A stretch of DNA of 64,000 nt from Promethearchaeota archaeon (GCA_016839585.1 JAEOTZ010000016.1:15215-79214); one strand, 5' to 3'. Numbered from the stretch's first letter, positions 40,277-51,049 are shown. Numbers and translations are program-made. Notes: generated by a model from the sequence alone, not told the origin.

Positions 40277-40379
40277 GGGAGGGTAGTCTAGCCTGGTATG
40301 ATTCTTGGTTTGGGACCAAGTAAACGAGCCAATATGACCGTTTTGGTAAGGGTCGGGGGTTCAACTCCCCCCTCTCCCA
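40277..40379 (+). tRNA. tRNA-Pro(UGG) with a 29-nt intron (40321-40349) at position 43/44
   Basis: Acceptor stem GGGAGGG/CTCTCCC+A, anticodon arm CTTGG-TTTGGGA-CCAAG, T-arm GGGGG-TTCAACT-CCCCC; no encoded CCA. Confidence 0.92.
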
Positions 40380-40479
40380 TTTTGTACTTTTTAATATTTA
40401 GTCAATTCTCTTTAAGAATAGGATAAAAAATAAATGAAATTTTTTCCGTTGTAAGAATTCTAATTAATTAGATGAGATT

Positions 40480-40782
40480 TTATAATATTTCATCTTTAAT
40501 TTCTAGTGGCTCTTGTATCTCTATTGATTCTTCTGTATTGAAATAACTTTCAGCGATTAATTCTTGAATAGATGAGATAAGGGATAACATAATAGCAGGA
40601 TTATTAGATGTAATTCTATAGTATTCATAGAACCTACTTTTTATAGAATAATTTACTTGATTTTTGAAAAATTTTAGGATTTCTTGAATATCCTTATCCA
40701 AATCTTTATGTTTTTGTATCCAAGCAATAATAACTTTCTTGTTATGCTTTTTATCGGTTTTCACTTTAGTTTTTACAATCAT
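40480..40782 (-). CDS. Hypothetical protein
   Basis: 100-aa ORF with no recognised motif. Confidence 0.55.
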   Translation of the reverse strand: MIVKTKVKTDKKHNKKVIIAWIQKHKDLDKDIQEILKFFKNQVNYSIKSRFYEYYRITSNNPAIMLSLISSIQELIAESYFNTEESIEIQEPLEIKDEIL

Positions 40783-40984
40783 TTTACCATTTGTTTTAAA
40801 TACTTTAATAGAGTCCGATTAGTTTAACATTATTATAACTTAATATATTTAAAGAAAAAGAATTTTAAATAAAAAAAAAGATTTTTGAAAAATATTAGGC
40901 TTACTTTAATACTATTAAAATAGTTTTATCCGATATGCTGAAATTTTAAAAAAAGAAAATAAGTAATTCTATATAAATATTACA

Positions 40985-42538
40985 TTACTTTTCAGAAACC
41001 GTTTTATCTAAATCATGAACAATCAATTTTGTGGTATTTTTCTCATTGAATTTCAATCTGCTCTTATTTAACTCATCGTCAATTCCGGCTATTTTTTTAA
41101 CCATCGTTTTTCGGGCTTCAATGTCATATTGGGTTGTAATAGCTATTTCCTCCATAACTGGGCTTCCTCCTCCGTGGTAGCTTCCAAAAAGATGAATTCC
41201 TCCTGTTGCAGAACAAAGCATATCACCAACATACCGCCAGAATTGTGCGGCATTTTCAGGTGATATCTTTGGGTTTCTAGTAATATATTTATAAAGTTTG
41301 TCTTTCAATTTAGGATTAAGAAAATCTTTTTCGTGTGGGAAAGTTGCTGGAATACCACCTGAAATATCCGTAATTATCTCAGCTTCACGGAATACATTTT
41401 CTCCGGTTAAGCATCTTCCAACATTGCAATAAATTGAGTTTGGAATGTAGCTTCCTGGCCCATAAGGAATAAGTCCTACTCCGGGCATATATATTTCTGA
41501 TTTTCCTAAATCAGAAGCAGTGTATCCCGCAGCATAACCAAGTTCTGTAACTAAGATTAATTCAGCTAATTTATGCCGAACATGTGTTGCCTTAGCTATG
41601 TTGTTATATTCTGCAGCCAAAGCTGCTGTTCCCGTTATTATATCTCCAATTGCGGGTTTGCATCCCGAGTAACTATGGCGGTGAAAGAGACCAAATAGTA
41701 AGGCAAGGGCACCTCCATGCTGGTATTCACCGCATAAAAAGACTCTTTCCCAGGGAATGAATACATCGTCAAAAATTATATATGAATCAGTGGCTCCTGG
41801 TTGAAAACCACGTGGAAAATGTTCTCTATTACGATAATTATGAATGGTAACCACTTGAGTAACACCCTCATAATCTCCAGGTACAGCGAATGCAACCGCA
41901 TAGTCTTTATCTTCTGGTCTTAAAGCTCTTGTTGGGATAACTAGTAGTTCATCAGAAACGGAAGCTTCTGAGATATGCAATTTACAGCCACGAACTATAA
42001 TTCCATCTTTCTTCTTTTCTACAACATGAACATACATATCAGGATCTACTTGATCAGCAGGACGTTTAATTCGATCACCTTTTACATCAGTTTGAGCACC
42101 AGCTGCGACTAAGTCTTCCTGTTGAAATCTTAATAGCCATTTTTTAAAATTTTCGTGGTAACGAGATTCTCCATTATTTAGTTTATCAGCCTCATATGAA
42201 ACATTGTATATCGCATTCGCTGCATCGCAACCCATGCATCGTTGAATGCATCCACCAACTTTTTGACATAATTTACGCGTCATATCTTGCTTTTTATGAA
42301 GGTCTTCAGTACTATGATGAATATGCGTAAATCGATTAATAATTTCACCCGTAAGATGAGATTTTACTTGTACTAATTCTTTGTATTCAGGATCGTTGAA
42401 GGCTTCGAATGTAGTTCCAATCGTATTTAGACAAGCCATTTGGCGGTCATCTAATCGATCAATTTGTTCGCCATCATAATAAAGATTGGATTTCATTTTA
42501 CCTAAATCTTTCATGTACTGTTCTTTTGTCCTAACCAT
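40985..42538 (-). CDS. abfD: 4-hydroxybutyryl-CoA dehydratase / vinylacetyl-CoA isomerase (AbfD/HpaB family)
   Basis: CIQRCMGCD and HRHSYSGCK FeS-ligand motifs, TDVKGDR, HGGGSP. Confidence 0.85.
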   Translation of the reverse strand: MVRTKEQYMKDLGKMKSNLYYDGEQIDRLDDRQMACLNTIGTTFEAFNDPEYKELVQVKSHLTGEIINRFTHIHHSTEDLHKKQDMTRKLCQKVGGCIQRCMGCDAANAIYNVSYEADKLNNGESRYHENFKKWLLRFQQEDLVAAGAQTDVKGDRIKRPADQVDPDMYVHVVEKKKDGIIVRGCKLHISEASVSDELLVIPTRALRPEDKDYAVAFAVPGDYEGVTQVVTIHNYRNREHFPRGFQPGATDSYIIFDDVFIPWERVFLCGEYQHGGALALLFGLFHRHSYSGCKPAIGDIITGTAALAAEYNNIAKATHVRHKLAELILVTELGYAAGYTASDLGKSEIYMPGVGLIPYGPGSYIPNSIYCNVGRCLTGENVFREAEIITDISGGIPATFPHEKDFLNPKLKDKLYKYITRNPKISPENAAQFWRYVGDMLCSATGGIHLFGSYHGGGSPVMEEIAITTQYDIEARKTMVKKIAGIDDELNKSRLKFNEKNTTKLIVHDLDKTVSEK

Positions 42539-42696
42539 TTCTCATCAATTTTTTAAATTGTTTTTTTTGGTTTAATTCTTTAATTATAATTATATATTTA
42601 TAATTTTAATACAAGAAGTATTAAATTATTTTGATTTATAATTTTTTATAAATCAATATTTGATATATTTTTGATTTTTATTTTTTTTTAAGATTT

Positions 42697-42801
42697 TATA
42701 GCGCATCACAATTCGGACCCGAAAAAGGAGCCAAGATGCGAAAATGCACTTTTTGTTTAGATAGACACCTGGAAAATAAAATACCAGTAAGTGTTGACTT
42801 A
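42697..42801 (+). pseudogene. Remnant of a DmsB/HybA-like 4Fe-4S dicluster gene
   Basis: Translates as YSASQFGPEKGAKMRKCTFCLDRHLENKIPVSVD, resembling PYGAPQF...MxKCxFCxDRxxxGxxPxCV; no start context. Confidence 0.6.
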
Positions 42802-42804
42802 ATT

Positions 42805-43869
42805 TTATTTATTTAAGAATTTTTTCAGTTCTTTTGTGATTTTTTCGGTTTTTTTATCTTTTATCCAATATCTGATTTTCGAGGATTGTAGGAATTTCTG
42901 AATTTTATCATTTAGTTCATTTAATTTTTTTCGATCTTCATCAGAAAGCTGAGGGATTTCTTCTTCTATTTTTTCTTTTACTTTTTTAATTTCTTCTTCA
43001 ATAATAGGAATTTCTATTTGTACTTTTCCATAAATAAGTCTTTTTCTTAAGATTTCTTTTATATTTTTTATCCACCCTTGAATCCAAGGAAAATTGCCTT
43101 GTTTCTTTGGATCAATTATACTAATTGTTTTTCTATCAACAATTATTAAATCATCAGGGCAAGAATTTTCACACGCTCCGCAATAAAAGCATTCATCCTC
43201 ATTACAAGCAATTTTTCCATATTTTTTTACATCCTCGGCACTTTCTGGAATAAAGAAAGATTCGGTAGGACATATGTTCACGCATGCTTTACATCCTTGT
43301 GGATCGCATTTATAAAGCATATTCTTTTTAATAATTACTTCTCCTTTTATAGGAGAATCTATATGAAAACATTGAGTTGGACATTCTTTTTCAATTCTAT
43401 AGTAATCTTGTATATTATTTCTAGTTCTAACATTTAAACATAGAATACATATCTCGTTTTTTTTATCTTCTATACATTTCTTTTTGTCAATATTAAAAAA
43501 ATTTCCAATTGAAGGATATTCATCTATATTAATTTGCCCTTCAGGTTCAATAGATTCATGAAAAGCGTCATTTGGACATACTATTGCACATAACATACAA
43601 TAACAACATTTATCATAATCTATTAATATTTTAGGATTACTCTCATCTAAAATATTTTGGGCAATTTCAGGAATAGGTCCAAGTTCAATTGCATCGACAG
43701 GACATACTAATTTGCATAAACTACATCCAATACATTTTTCTATATCATATGTAAGCTTTTTATTAACTTCTTTAAATTTCCAATTAAGAATGAGTTGTTC
43801 TGGAGTGATCTCGATATCCTTATTTATTTGTTCCTCTTGAGTTTCTTCTTCGGGAGATGTATTTGAAAT
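42805..43869 (-). CDS. Polyferredoxin (FwdF-like 4Fe-4S protein); start extended to ATT 43869
   Basis: Multiple CxxCxxCxxxCP motifs. The 91 in-frame codons upstream of the track start include KCIGCSLCKLVCPVDAI and KCCYC(MLC). Confidence 0.85.
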   Translation of the reverse strand: MSNTSPEEETQEEQINKDIEITPEQLILNWKFKEVNKKLTYDIEKCIGCSLCKLVCPVDAIELGPIPEIAQNILDESNPKILIDYDKCCYCMLCAIVCPNDAFHESIEPEGQINIDEYPSIGNFFNIDKKKCIEDKKNEICILCLNVRTRNNIQDYYRIEKECPTQCFHIDSPIKGEVIIKKNMLYKCDPQGCKACVNICPTESFFIPESAEDVKKYGKIACNEDECFYCGACENSCPDDLIIVDRKTISIIDPKKQGNFPWIQGWIKNIKEILRKRLIYGKVQIEIPIIEEEIKKVKEKIEEEIPQLSDEDRKKLNELNDKIQKFLQSSKIRYWIKDKKTEKITKELKKFLNK

Positions 43870-43966
43870 CTTTATTCAACCATTCATTCCATTTTTCAAA
43901 TCTATTTAATCCAAATAGTCCTTTATAATTAATTTTAATGTGCTAAATAATTAAAAAGAAGTTTTA

Positions 43967-44467
43967 TTAAGAGTAATAAGTGTAGCTTTCTTTATCAAAA
44001 CCATAAATATATTCAATAGAAATTCCATCAGGTTGAAGATCTAAAGGAGCATAAATTAAAGGCAAGTTCGGAAAGTATGTTCCGATTCCTTTCTTTGCTA
44101 ATATTATCGCAGGATGATCTACATCTTTATAAATTTTTTCGCTAATTATTAATGTTATCGCTCTACATTGTTGTTCATCTAGGATTCCTAAAGAGTGAAC
44201 ATATTCATGTAAAAGTATATGATATGTATAAGCCCAAATTATATCATGAGGTTGTTCTTCTAAAATGATCTTTAAAGGAGTTTTATTCATGAGTATTTCT
44301 GTACCAGGGTAAAAGTGCATCCCGCCTATAAAGCCTCCCCGAAAAATACCCATCTCAACTAACCCTAAGCTTAATCCTGCTCGATGGCGTCCATATATTT
44401 TTCTAACATCTTTTTTTACTTTTTCAAAAATTCCTGGCATTAATTTTTTAAAATCGTGAAAATTCAT
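43967..44467 (-). CDS. Hypothetical HExxH Zn-metallopeptidase-like protein
   Basis: HILLHEYVHSLG..DE. Confidence 0.7.
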   Translation of the reverse strand: MNFHDFKKLMPGIFEKVKKDVRKIYGRHRAGLSLGLVEMGIFRGGFIGGMHFYPGTEILMNKTPLKIILEEQPHDIIWAYTYHILLHEYVHSLGILDEQQCRAITLIISEKIYKDVDHPAIILAKKGIGTYFPNLPLIYAPLDLQPDGISIEYIYGFDKESYTYYS

Positions 44468-44523
44468 ATAATAACCTCAAATTCTTATTTTAATATACAA
44501 AATTGATGAGGATTAAGACAATT

Positions 44524-45312
44524 TCATATATCAAAGAACCAATTATCTTCGTCTTCTTTTAAAAAATCCATTAGATTAGATAAATCTCTTAATAAATGTC
44601 TAACAGAAACTCTATGTTGATCCCTACTAATAAGATCCATGCCTGAGAAAAACATATCATCTAACAAGCTATCAATATTAATTCTCTTGAAATATTTTAT
44701 TGGATTATAAAATAATGTATAAAAAATTTCTTTTCTTTCTAATTTGGAAGAATTAGAGCGTCCCTTCCTAAGTTGGTCTTCATATTGTTGTCCTATTAGA
44801 TTTTTAAGCTCTACTATGAGGCATTCTTTGTTTTGCAGTAAACCACTTCTTTCCTCTTCTAATTCTATAATGTTCTGTTCAATTTCTTTAATTTTTTCTC
44901 CTAAAAATCTTAATTTGTTGTTAGGACTTTTAATTTTCTTGTAATCAACATTATATCCAATATCTTTTAGCTGAAGAATTTCACTGTTTTCATCTATTGT
45001 AGCAACATCATATTCTATATTATAATAATCAGGAGTTAAATCAATTCTTAAAGAGAGATTACTCATTATCCGATATTTCCCACCCCTTGGTTTGGGATCT
45101 ATATTTTCAATTATACCATTATCAGATAAAATTTTCAATTGAGAATGAACTGCTTGACGAGAAATACCTAATGATCTTGCTAATTCCGAGGCACCATGTG
45201 GCACCTTAGCTAGTTTTGCTAAAATAATTCTTCTTGTAGGATTACCTAATATTTCTAGTAAGGTATCTAAGTTAATAATTTTATTTTTATTTTCTTGATT
45301 TTCAATTATCAT
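44524..45312 (-). CDS. ArsR-type wHTH regulator with coiled coil (Phr/HSR1-like heat-shock regulator)
   Basis: LGNPTRRIIL...SELARSLGISRQAVHSQLKIL; located downstream of hsp20-cdc48. Confidence 0.82.
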   Translation of the reverse strand: MIIENQENKNKIINLDTLLEILGNPTRRIILAKLAKVPHGASELARSLGISRQAVHSQLKILSDNGIIENIDPKPRGGKYRIMSNLSLRIDLTPDYYNIEYDVATIDENSEILQLKDIGYNVDYKKIKSPNNKLRFLGEKIKEIEQNIIELEEERSGLLQNKECLIVELKNLIGQQYEDQLRKGRSNSSKLERKEIFYTLFYNPIKYFKRINIDSLLDDMFFSGMDLISRDQHRVSVRHLLRDLSNLMDFLKEDEDNWFFDI

Positions 45313-45361
45313 ATTTAATCTCTCTTTCTTTGTAAATACTTAATATAATTTTATATTTTTA

Positions 45362-47587
45362 TTATCTATATAATTCTTCTGAAGGTTCTTGTGAATATCT
45401 TTCATGAGATTTTTTTGCTTTATCAGCAGATTTTAAGATTTTTTCAAATGCTTCATCGAATTCAGATTTAGAAATTTTCACTACTTTTACAGATTCTGCA
45501 TCTTGAGTATTGATATTTTTATTAGCAACTGCCTTTCGAATAGTTAGTAGAGTAGCTTCTTCACAAATTGCTTGAATATCCGCTCCTGTATATCCTTCCA
45601 TATCTCCCGCCATTTTATCAATACCAACATTACCTGCTAATGGCTTGTTTCTAAGATGGATTTTAAAAATATCAATTCGCGATTTTTTATCTGGCATAGG
45701 TATCTCAATATGTCTTCCAAACCTACCCGACCTTAATAAAGCTGGATCAAGCATGTCGGGCCTATTTGTAGCAGCAAGTAAAACAACATCTTTTAACCCT
45801 TCTAATCCATCCATCTCTGTTAATAACTGTGAAACAACTTGCTCTGTGACTTGATAACCTGCAAATCTACCTCTCAAACCTGCTATAGCATCTATCTCAT
45901 CAAAGAAAATTATACAAGGTGCTGCTGATCTTGCTTTTCGAAATGTTTCTCTTACGGCTTTTTCACTTTCACCAACCCATTTCGATAGAAATTCTGGACC
46001 TTTTACTGATATAAAATTTATCTCAGTTTCGTGAGCTAATGCTTTAGCTAATAAAGTTTTTCCTGTTCCAGGAGGTCCAAAAAGTAAAATCCCATTTGGA
46101 GGTTTTGATTTTAAATGGGAATATAATTCAGGATATTTTAATGGCCACTCTATTACTTCTCTTAATTGGAGCTTAGCATCTTCTAGCCCCCCAATATCGT
46201 CCCAAGTTTCAGTTGGTTGAGTAATTAATACTTCTCTTAAAGCAGATGGTTCGATGCCTGTTAATGCTGTTTCGAAATGATTCATTTTAATTTGAAGATC
46301 CATTAACATTTCAGGAGGAATTGGCTTATCTAGATTTATTTTAGGTAAAATTTCTCTTATAGCTAACATTGCAGATTCTTTTGCTAATGATTCTACATCA
46401 GCACCAACAAACCCATGAGTTTTCTCAGCGATTAGCCGAAGATCAACATCTTTATATAAGGGCATTCCTCGTGTATGGATTAATAAAATTTCATAACGTC
46501 CATCAGTATCAGGAACTCCAATCACGATTTCACGGTCAAATCTTCCAGGTCTTCTCAATGCAGGGTCAATATCATTTACTCTATTTGTTGCGCCAATAAC
46601 GATAATTTCACCACGCCCTTCTAAACCATCTAATAGTGATAATAATTGAGCAACAACCCTTCTTTCAACTTCACCGGTTACTTCACCTCTCTTAGGGGCT
46701 ATTGAATCTAATTCATCAATAAAAATGATTGAAGGTGAATTTTCTTTAGCCTCTTCAAAAACTTTACGAAGATTTTCTTCACTTTGACCGTAAAATTTGC
46801 TCATTATTTCTGGTCCACTTATTGTAATAAAATGAGCATCGGTCTCTCCGGCAACAGCTCTTGCTAGTAATGTTTTTCCTGTACCGGGAGGACCATGAAG
46901 TAATACACCTTTAGGTGGATCAATACCAATTCTTTTAAATAATTCAGGATGCCTTATAGGTAATTCAATCATCTCACGGATTTTCTGAATTTCTTCTTCT
47001 AAGCCTCCAATATCTTCGTATGTTACTTTTCTTCTTTCTAATTCTTCAAATTCTTTATGGGTTTTTTCTGAAATAGTAATTTTAGTGTCTAAATAGATCC
47101 TAACAGCCTCAGCTTTAGGATAGTAATCAATAACAACAAAATCAATTCTACGACCCATAGCATTAAAACTTATAATATCTCCCTTAGTAACTACTCGGTT
47201 TTCTAATATTTGTGTTATTTGTTGAGGGGTTCTCAATATAATGGACTCTTCTAAACCTGCAAATGTTATTCTTTCTGCGAGACTAGCTTCTATTTTACGT
47301 ATTTCTACTATGTCATCTAAAGAGGCATTTAAATTTCTTCGTAGTGAAGAATCAATTCTGATTGAATTAGTACCTCTATCTTCCTCTTTTCCAGGATATA
47401 ACAATGCTGCTGTTTTCTTTTCTGCTGCGGGATGTAAAATCTCAACTACATCACCAGTTCTAAGGTTTAATTCCTTAATTAAGTCAGGATCGATTCTTAT
47501 TCTACCTCTTCCCGCATCTATCTTATAAGCGTCTTTTATTTTAACTTTTCTCCCATTACCTTTAAATTCTCTTGTTATTCCACTCAT
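45362..47587 (-). CDS. cdc48: CDC48/VAT AAA+ ATPase
   Basis: N-domain plus two AAA modules (GPPGTGKT twice, FIDELD/FFDEID, RPGRFD). Confidence 0.96.
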   Translation of the reverse strand: MSGITREFKGNGRKVKIKDAYKIDAGRGRIRIDPDLIKELNLRTGDVVEILHPAAEKKTAALLYPGKEEDRGTNSIRIDSSLRRNLNASLDDIVEIRKIEASLAERITFAGLEESIILRTPQQITQILENRVVTKGDIISFNAMGRRIDFVVIDYYPKAEAVRIYLDTKITISEKTHKEFEELERRKVTYEDIGGLEEEIQKIREMIELPIRHPELFKRIGIDPPKGVLLHGPPGTGKTLLARAVAGETDAHFITISGPEIMSKFYGQSEENLRKVFEEAKENSPSIIFIDELDSIAPKRGEVTGEVERRVVAQLLSLLDGLEGRGEIIVIGATNRVNDIDPALRRPGRFDREIVIGVPDTDGRYEILLIHTRGMPLYKDVDLRLIAEKTHGFVGADVESLAKESAMLAIREILPKINLDKPIPPEMLMDLQIKMNHFETALTGIEPSALREVLITQPTETWDDIGGLEDAKLQLREVIEWPLKYPELYSHLKSKPPNGILLFGPPGTGKTLLAKALAHETEINFISVKGPEFLSKWVGESEKAVRETFRKARSAAPCIIFFDEIDAIAGLRGRFAGYQVTEQVVSQLLTEMDGLEGLKDVVLLAATNRPDMLDPALLRSGRFGRHIEIPMPDKKSRIDIFKIHLRNKPLAGNVGIDKMAGDMEGYTGADIQAICEEATLLTIRKAVANKNINTQDAESVKVVKISKSEFDEAFEKILKSADKAKKSHERYSQEPSEELYR

Positions 47588-47666
47588 CTTTTTATCATCA
47601 TCATACGTTCATAATAAATTCTATTTCTCAAATGTTTATTAAAATGATTATTTAATAATTATTATT

Positions 47667-48287
47667 CTATTTACTTAATTTCTTCACTTTTATGTAAGCA
47701 ATTCCATTATTCACATCTAACTCATAATTTTCATTTAATAACTTAGAAGGTAAATTAATCTTTTTAAAATATTTCCGATTTTTATTTTGAGCGGTAAGCA
47801 ATAATATTTTGCCATCAGCACTAAAATCTATCTTAACATCTCCTCTTTCAATACCTGGAACTTCAATTAGAATCTCAAAATATTCTTTATCTTCATTAAT
47901 TTCCGTATATGGTTCTAAAACATATAGTTCTTTATCTTGCTTTAATGTCTCTAATGTAAGTTCACTCGCATCAATCTCTTTTTTAGAGTGTGAACCAAAT
48001 AGTTTCTTTAACTGGGGATATTTATTCATATCCACATTTTTTAAGAAGTCCTTAATTTTTTTATCATCAATATTACCTTCAATTTTTATTTCAGGTTTAT
48101 CCATACCTGTTTCAAAATGATAGGATATCTTAAATCCTTCCAATTTTTTATCATAAGGCTTTATTCCTAAATCAATATTTTTTTCTGGTATAAATAAAAC
48201 ATCTATATCAAAAATATCTGAATCTAATTTAAAGAACTTTTTAATCTCATCAATTATATCATCAAAATCATCCCGCACAGTTTTCAC
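47667..48287 (-). CDS. Small heat-shock protein (Hsp20/alpha-crystallin)
   Basis: EPYTEI...IEVPGIERGDV...YFKKINLP...NNGI. Confidence 0.85.
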   Translation of the reverse strand: MKTVRDDFDDIIDEIKKFFKLDSDIFDIDVLFIPEKNIDLGIKPYDKKLEGFKISYHFETGMDKPEIKIEGNIDDKKIKDFLKNVDMNKYPQLKKLFGSHSKKEIDASELTLETLKQDKELYVLEPYTEINEDKEYFEILIEVPGIERGDVKIDFSADGKILLLTAQNKNRKYFKKINLPSKLLNENYELDVNNGIAYIKVKKLSK

Positions 48288-48314
48288 CTTTGATTTTTAT
48301 GATTTTAATTTTTT

Positions 48315-48333
48315 TGTCATTCCTCAATTGACA
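48315..48333. promoter_or_regulatory. Candidate heat-shock operator TGTCA-N9-TGACA
   Basis: Inverted repeat between the minus-strand TATA box (TTTTTATATG, 48355-48346) and the hsp20 start. Confidence 0.45.
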
Positions 48334-48673
48334 TATGAACCTTTACATATAAAAATCTATTGGTTTTAGAAAAAAAGTGTTTTACTAGTCTTTTTTAAAA
48401 ATATAATAGATTTAAAATCTAATTCTTAATTGAAAAAGATAAAATTAATATTAAAGTAATTGAAATGGAAGCAGATGATTTAAATAGAGAAGAGTTAGAA
48501 CTGTTCTACGAGGTTTGTTTAAAAAGATTAAATAATCAAATAAATTTGAAAAAAATAGAATGTAAAAAAAAACATAAAAATTAATAATTAAATTTCTTTT
48601 GGATTTAAAATATAATTGAAATTTTTACAAAAATGTTTTTATATATAAAATTGATCTTTAATTACGAAAAGTA

Positions 48674-51049
48674 ATGGATCGTAAAAGATTAATTTTTGCT
48701 ATTTTCCTCACTAGTTCATTAATCTTTGCATTATCTTCTTTTGGAGTTGGAGAATCCCACCCAGATTCATCATATAATTATAATAATGACGATCTTTACG
48801 ACATAGAGTATTTTGAATTAATAAATAAAGCATTTGAATTAAAAAGTTCAGAAAAGCAATTATTAAACAATAATAAGTTTGTTGTTTTAAATCGAATGGG
48901 AACGGAAGATATACTAGATGCTTATAAGTTTTACTGGGAGAATGAATTGCCCATTTTCATAACAACTGATACCATGCTTCATACATGGCATTTAATCTTT
49001 GATTATACTCTTAAAAAACTCGAAGAGAAAATCTTCTATCCTCTTCTTAGTGAACTAGCTGATAAGATTGCCTTAAATGCATTAATGGAATATAATAATA
49101 ATTTTTTAATGGAAGATACTCTAATTTATCTTATAGTAGCCTCTGAACTAGCGAACTCAACTTATAGCGAACTACTCCCTCCAGATATTAAAAATGCTTC
49201 AGAAAAGATCTTAAATGCCATTATGGATGAAATTTCATTAGAATCAGCTATATCTCAATTTGACACTGAATTAACAAGGCGATTTATTGATGATTTCAGT
49301 CAATATAAACCAAGAGGTCATTACATCCATTCAGAAACATTGCAAAATTACTTCCGATTATTTAAATGGTTTTCCCGAATCCCTTTCTTTTTTGATGATT
49401 ATCTTGGGATAGTATTCCTTCAGACAATCCCAAATGATATGATTAAATCTGCATTAGAAATTACATGGTTACTGAAAGGAACTTCAATTAGATGGTTCGA
49501 GAATTATGTATCTGGTCTCGAAATTTGGAATATATTTAAATCATTTTTAGATGTAATTGTTGGTCAAACTAATTCAATATCTCCACTTATGATAGATGAT
49601 ATTTGTAAAGATCTTATAGGTGATTTATGGAATATAAGTGATATTGATGATAATTTAATAACCCAGGTCCAAGCAAATGTATTAAATGATACAACAATTC
49701 CAGAACCTAGATCCCCATATATTATTGATGCTAGAGCTGGTGCATTTTTTTCTCCCAAGACATTTGTGCTGTTTGGTGAGCGATTAACCCTAGACAGCTA
49801 TGCTCTAAATCATTTCGTCTATCCTTATATCAGTCTTAGATTTTTACCAACTAGTTTAGATTTCGCAGCAGCATGTTTAGAATCAGACCGCTCATTTGAG
49901 CTTCTTACAAATGAATTTGATAAATATCCAGGATTACTAGAACAAATATTAGAGATGCAGGAGGAAATAGGTAATCTTACTGGATTAGAAAAACAAACTG
50001 CTCATTGGCAGTGGATTGAATCGTTAAAAAATATTGCTGTTACTGAACCTGAATGCAATGGAAGTATTATCCTACCTGAATTCATGAACTCATCTGCTTG
50101 GTTAGATGAAAAACTCACAACTATTATGGGTTCATGGACTCAATTGAAACATGACATGATCCTCTACTCAAGGCTATCATTAACACCCATTAGTTTAATA
50201 GAACATTATAACGTACCTATAGGCTATGTTGAACCATATCCAGAATTTTACAGAACCTTAAATCAATTAAGTCAACTGTATAATTCTTCGATAAAACCGT
50301 TAGAAACAATTGGATATAATTTTTCAACCAATGATTATGATTATCTTTGGGCATTAGATAATTTTTATGAAGCAAGTGTAATGCTTGAGACAATTTCTTA
50401 TAAAGAACTAAAAGGTTCACAATTAACCGAAGAAGAAAAGCAATTTATTAAATCAACCTATGGAGAAGATCGTATTTCTGGAGATAAGGTTGTTGTTGGA
50501 TGGTTAGGTGATATAATTAGGAAGCTTGATAGAAATTACGGAAAAATAGAAAATTGGCCAAATACACGCACATCACTAGTTGCTGACATACATACGGACA
50601 CAAATACAGGGGACATCTTACACTTAGCTACTGGTCTTTTAGAACCATTAATAGCAATCGTTCCTGGATGGGATGGTGAAGATATAACTGTTGCAGGTCC
50701 AGTATTTTCTTTTTATGAATTTAATTTATCTGATTATACACGATTAAATGATTATGAATGGAGAGGAATCCTCCAATTATGGTTGGAAGGAGGCTGTGAT
50801 AGTTGTGATTTTGAAAGATTTCAAAGGGGTTTTTGGGCTGAAAGTTATATGGTTTCAACAGAAATAACTACGAGTATGATATATTACGATAATGCGAATT
50901 TTGAACCTCCAGAATGGTTTGTATCTGGACCCTCTCCAGAAGGGACTAAAAACAATATTTCAAGCTACAATATTCTAATAATACTTGCGTTCATTTCAGT
51001 AATTTTTGTGATTATTGTAGTTAAGAGAAAATCTCAGTTAATAAATTAA
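48674..51049 (+). CDS. DUF3160-like secreted protein with Loki-CTERM-like anchor
   Basis: Signal peptide; FITTD, DFSQYKPRGHY, SWTQLKHD, GYVEP, LVADIHT, GPVFSFYEF; tail ISSY-TM-KRK. Confidence 0.8.
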   Translation: MDRKRLIFAIFLTSSLIFALSSFGVGESHPDSSYNYNNDDLYDIEYFELINKAFELKSSEKQLLNNNKFVVLNRMGTEDILDAYKFYWENELPIFITTDTMLHTWHLIFDYTLKKLEEKIFYPLLSELADKIALNALMEYNNNFLMEDTLIYLIVASELANSTYSELLPPDIKNASEKILNAIMDEISLESAISQFDTELTRRFIDDFSQYKPRGHYIHSETLQNYFRLFKWFSRIPFFFDDYLGIVFLQTIPNDMIKSALEITWLLKGTSIRWFENYVSGLEIWNIFKSFLDVIVGQTNSISPLMIDDICKDLIGDLWNISDIDDNLITQVQANVLNDTTIPEPRSPYIIDARAGAFFSPKTFVLFGERLTLDSYALNHFVYPYISLRFLPTSLDFAAACLESDRSFELLTNEFDKYPGLLEQILEMQEEIGNLTGLEKQTAHWQWIESLKNIAVTEPECNGSIILPEFMNSSAWLDEKLTTIMGSWTQLKHDMILYSRLSLTPISLIEHYNVPIGYVEPYPEFYRTLNQLSQLYNSSIKPLETIGYNFSTNDYDYLWALDNFYEASVMLETISYKELKGSQLTEEEKQFIKSTYGEDRISGDKVVVGWLGDIIRKLDRNYGKIENWPNTRTSLVADIHTDTNTGDILHLATGLLEPLIAIVPGWDGEDITVAGPVFSFYEFNLSDYTRLNDYEWRGILQLWLEGGCDSCDFERFQRGFWAESYMVSTEITTSMIYYDNANFEPPEWFVSGPSPEGTKNNISSYNILIILAFISVIFVIIVVKRKSQLIN

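Noticed and set aside
38700-40480. Intact integrated element with att sites at tRNA-Pro
   Set aside because: No integrase and no duplicated tRNA end is visible in the window; only decayed fragments remain.
40985-42538. 4-hydroxyphenylacetate 3-monooxygenase (HpaB)
   Set aside because: It retains the Cys/His FeS ligands diagnostic of 4-hydroxybutyryl-CoA dehydratase.
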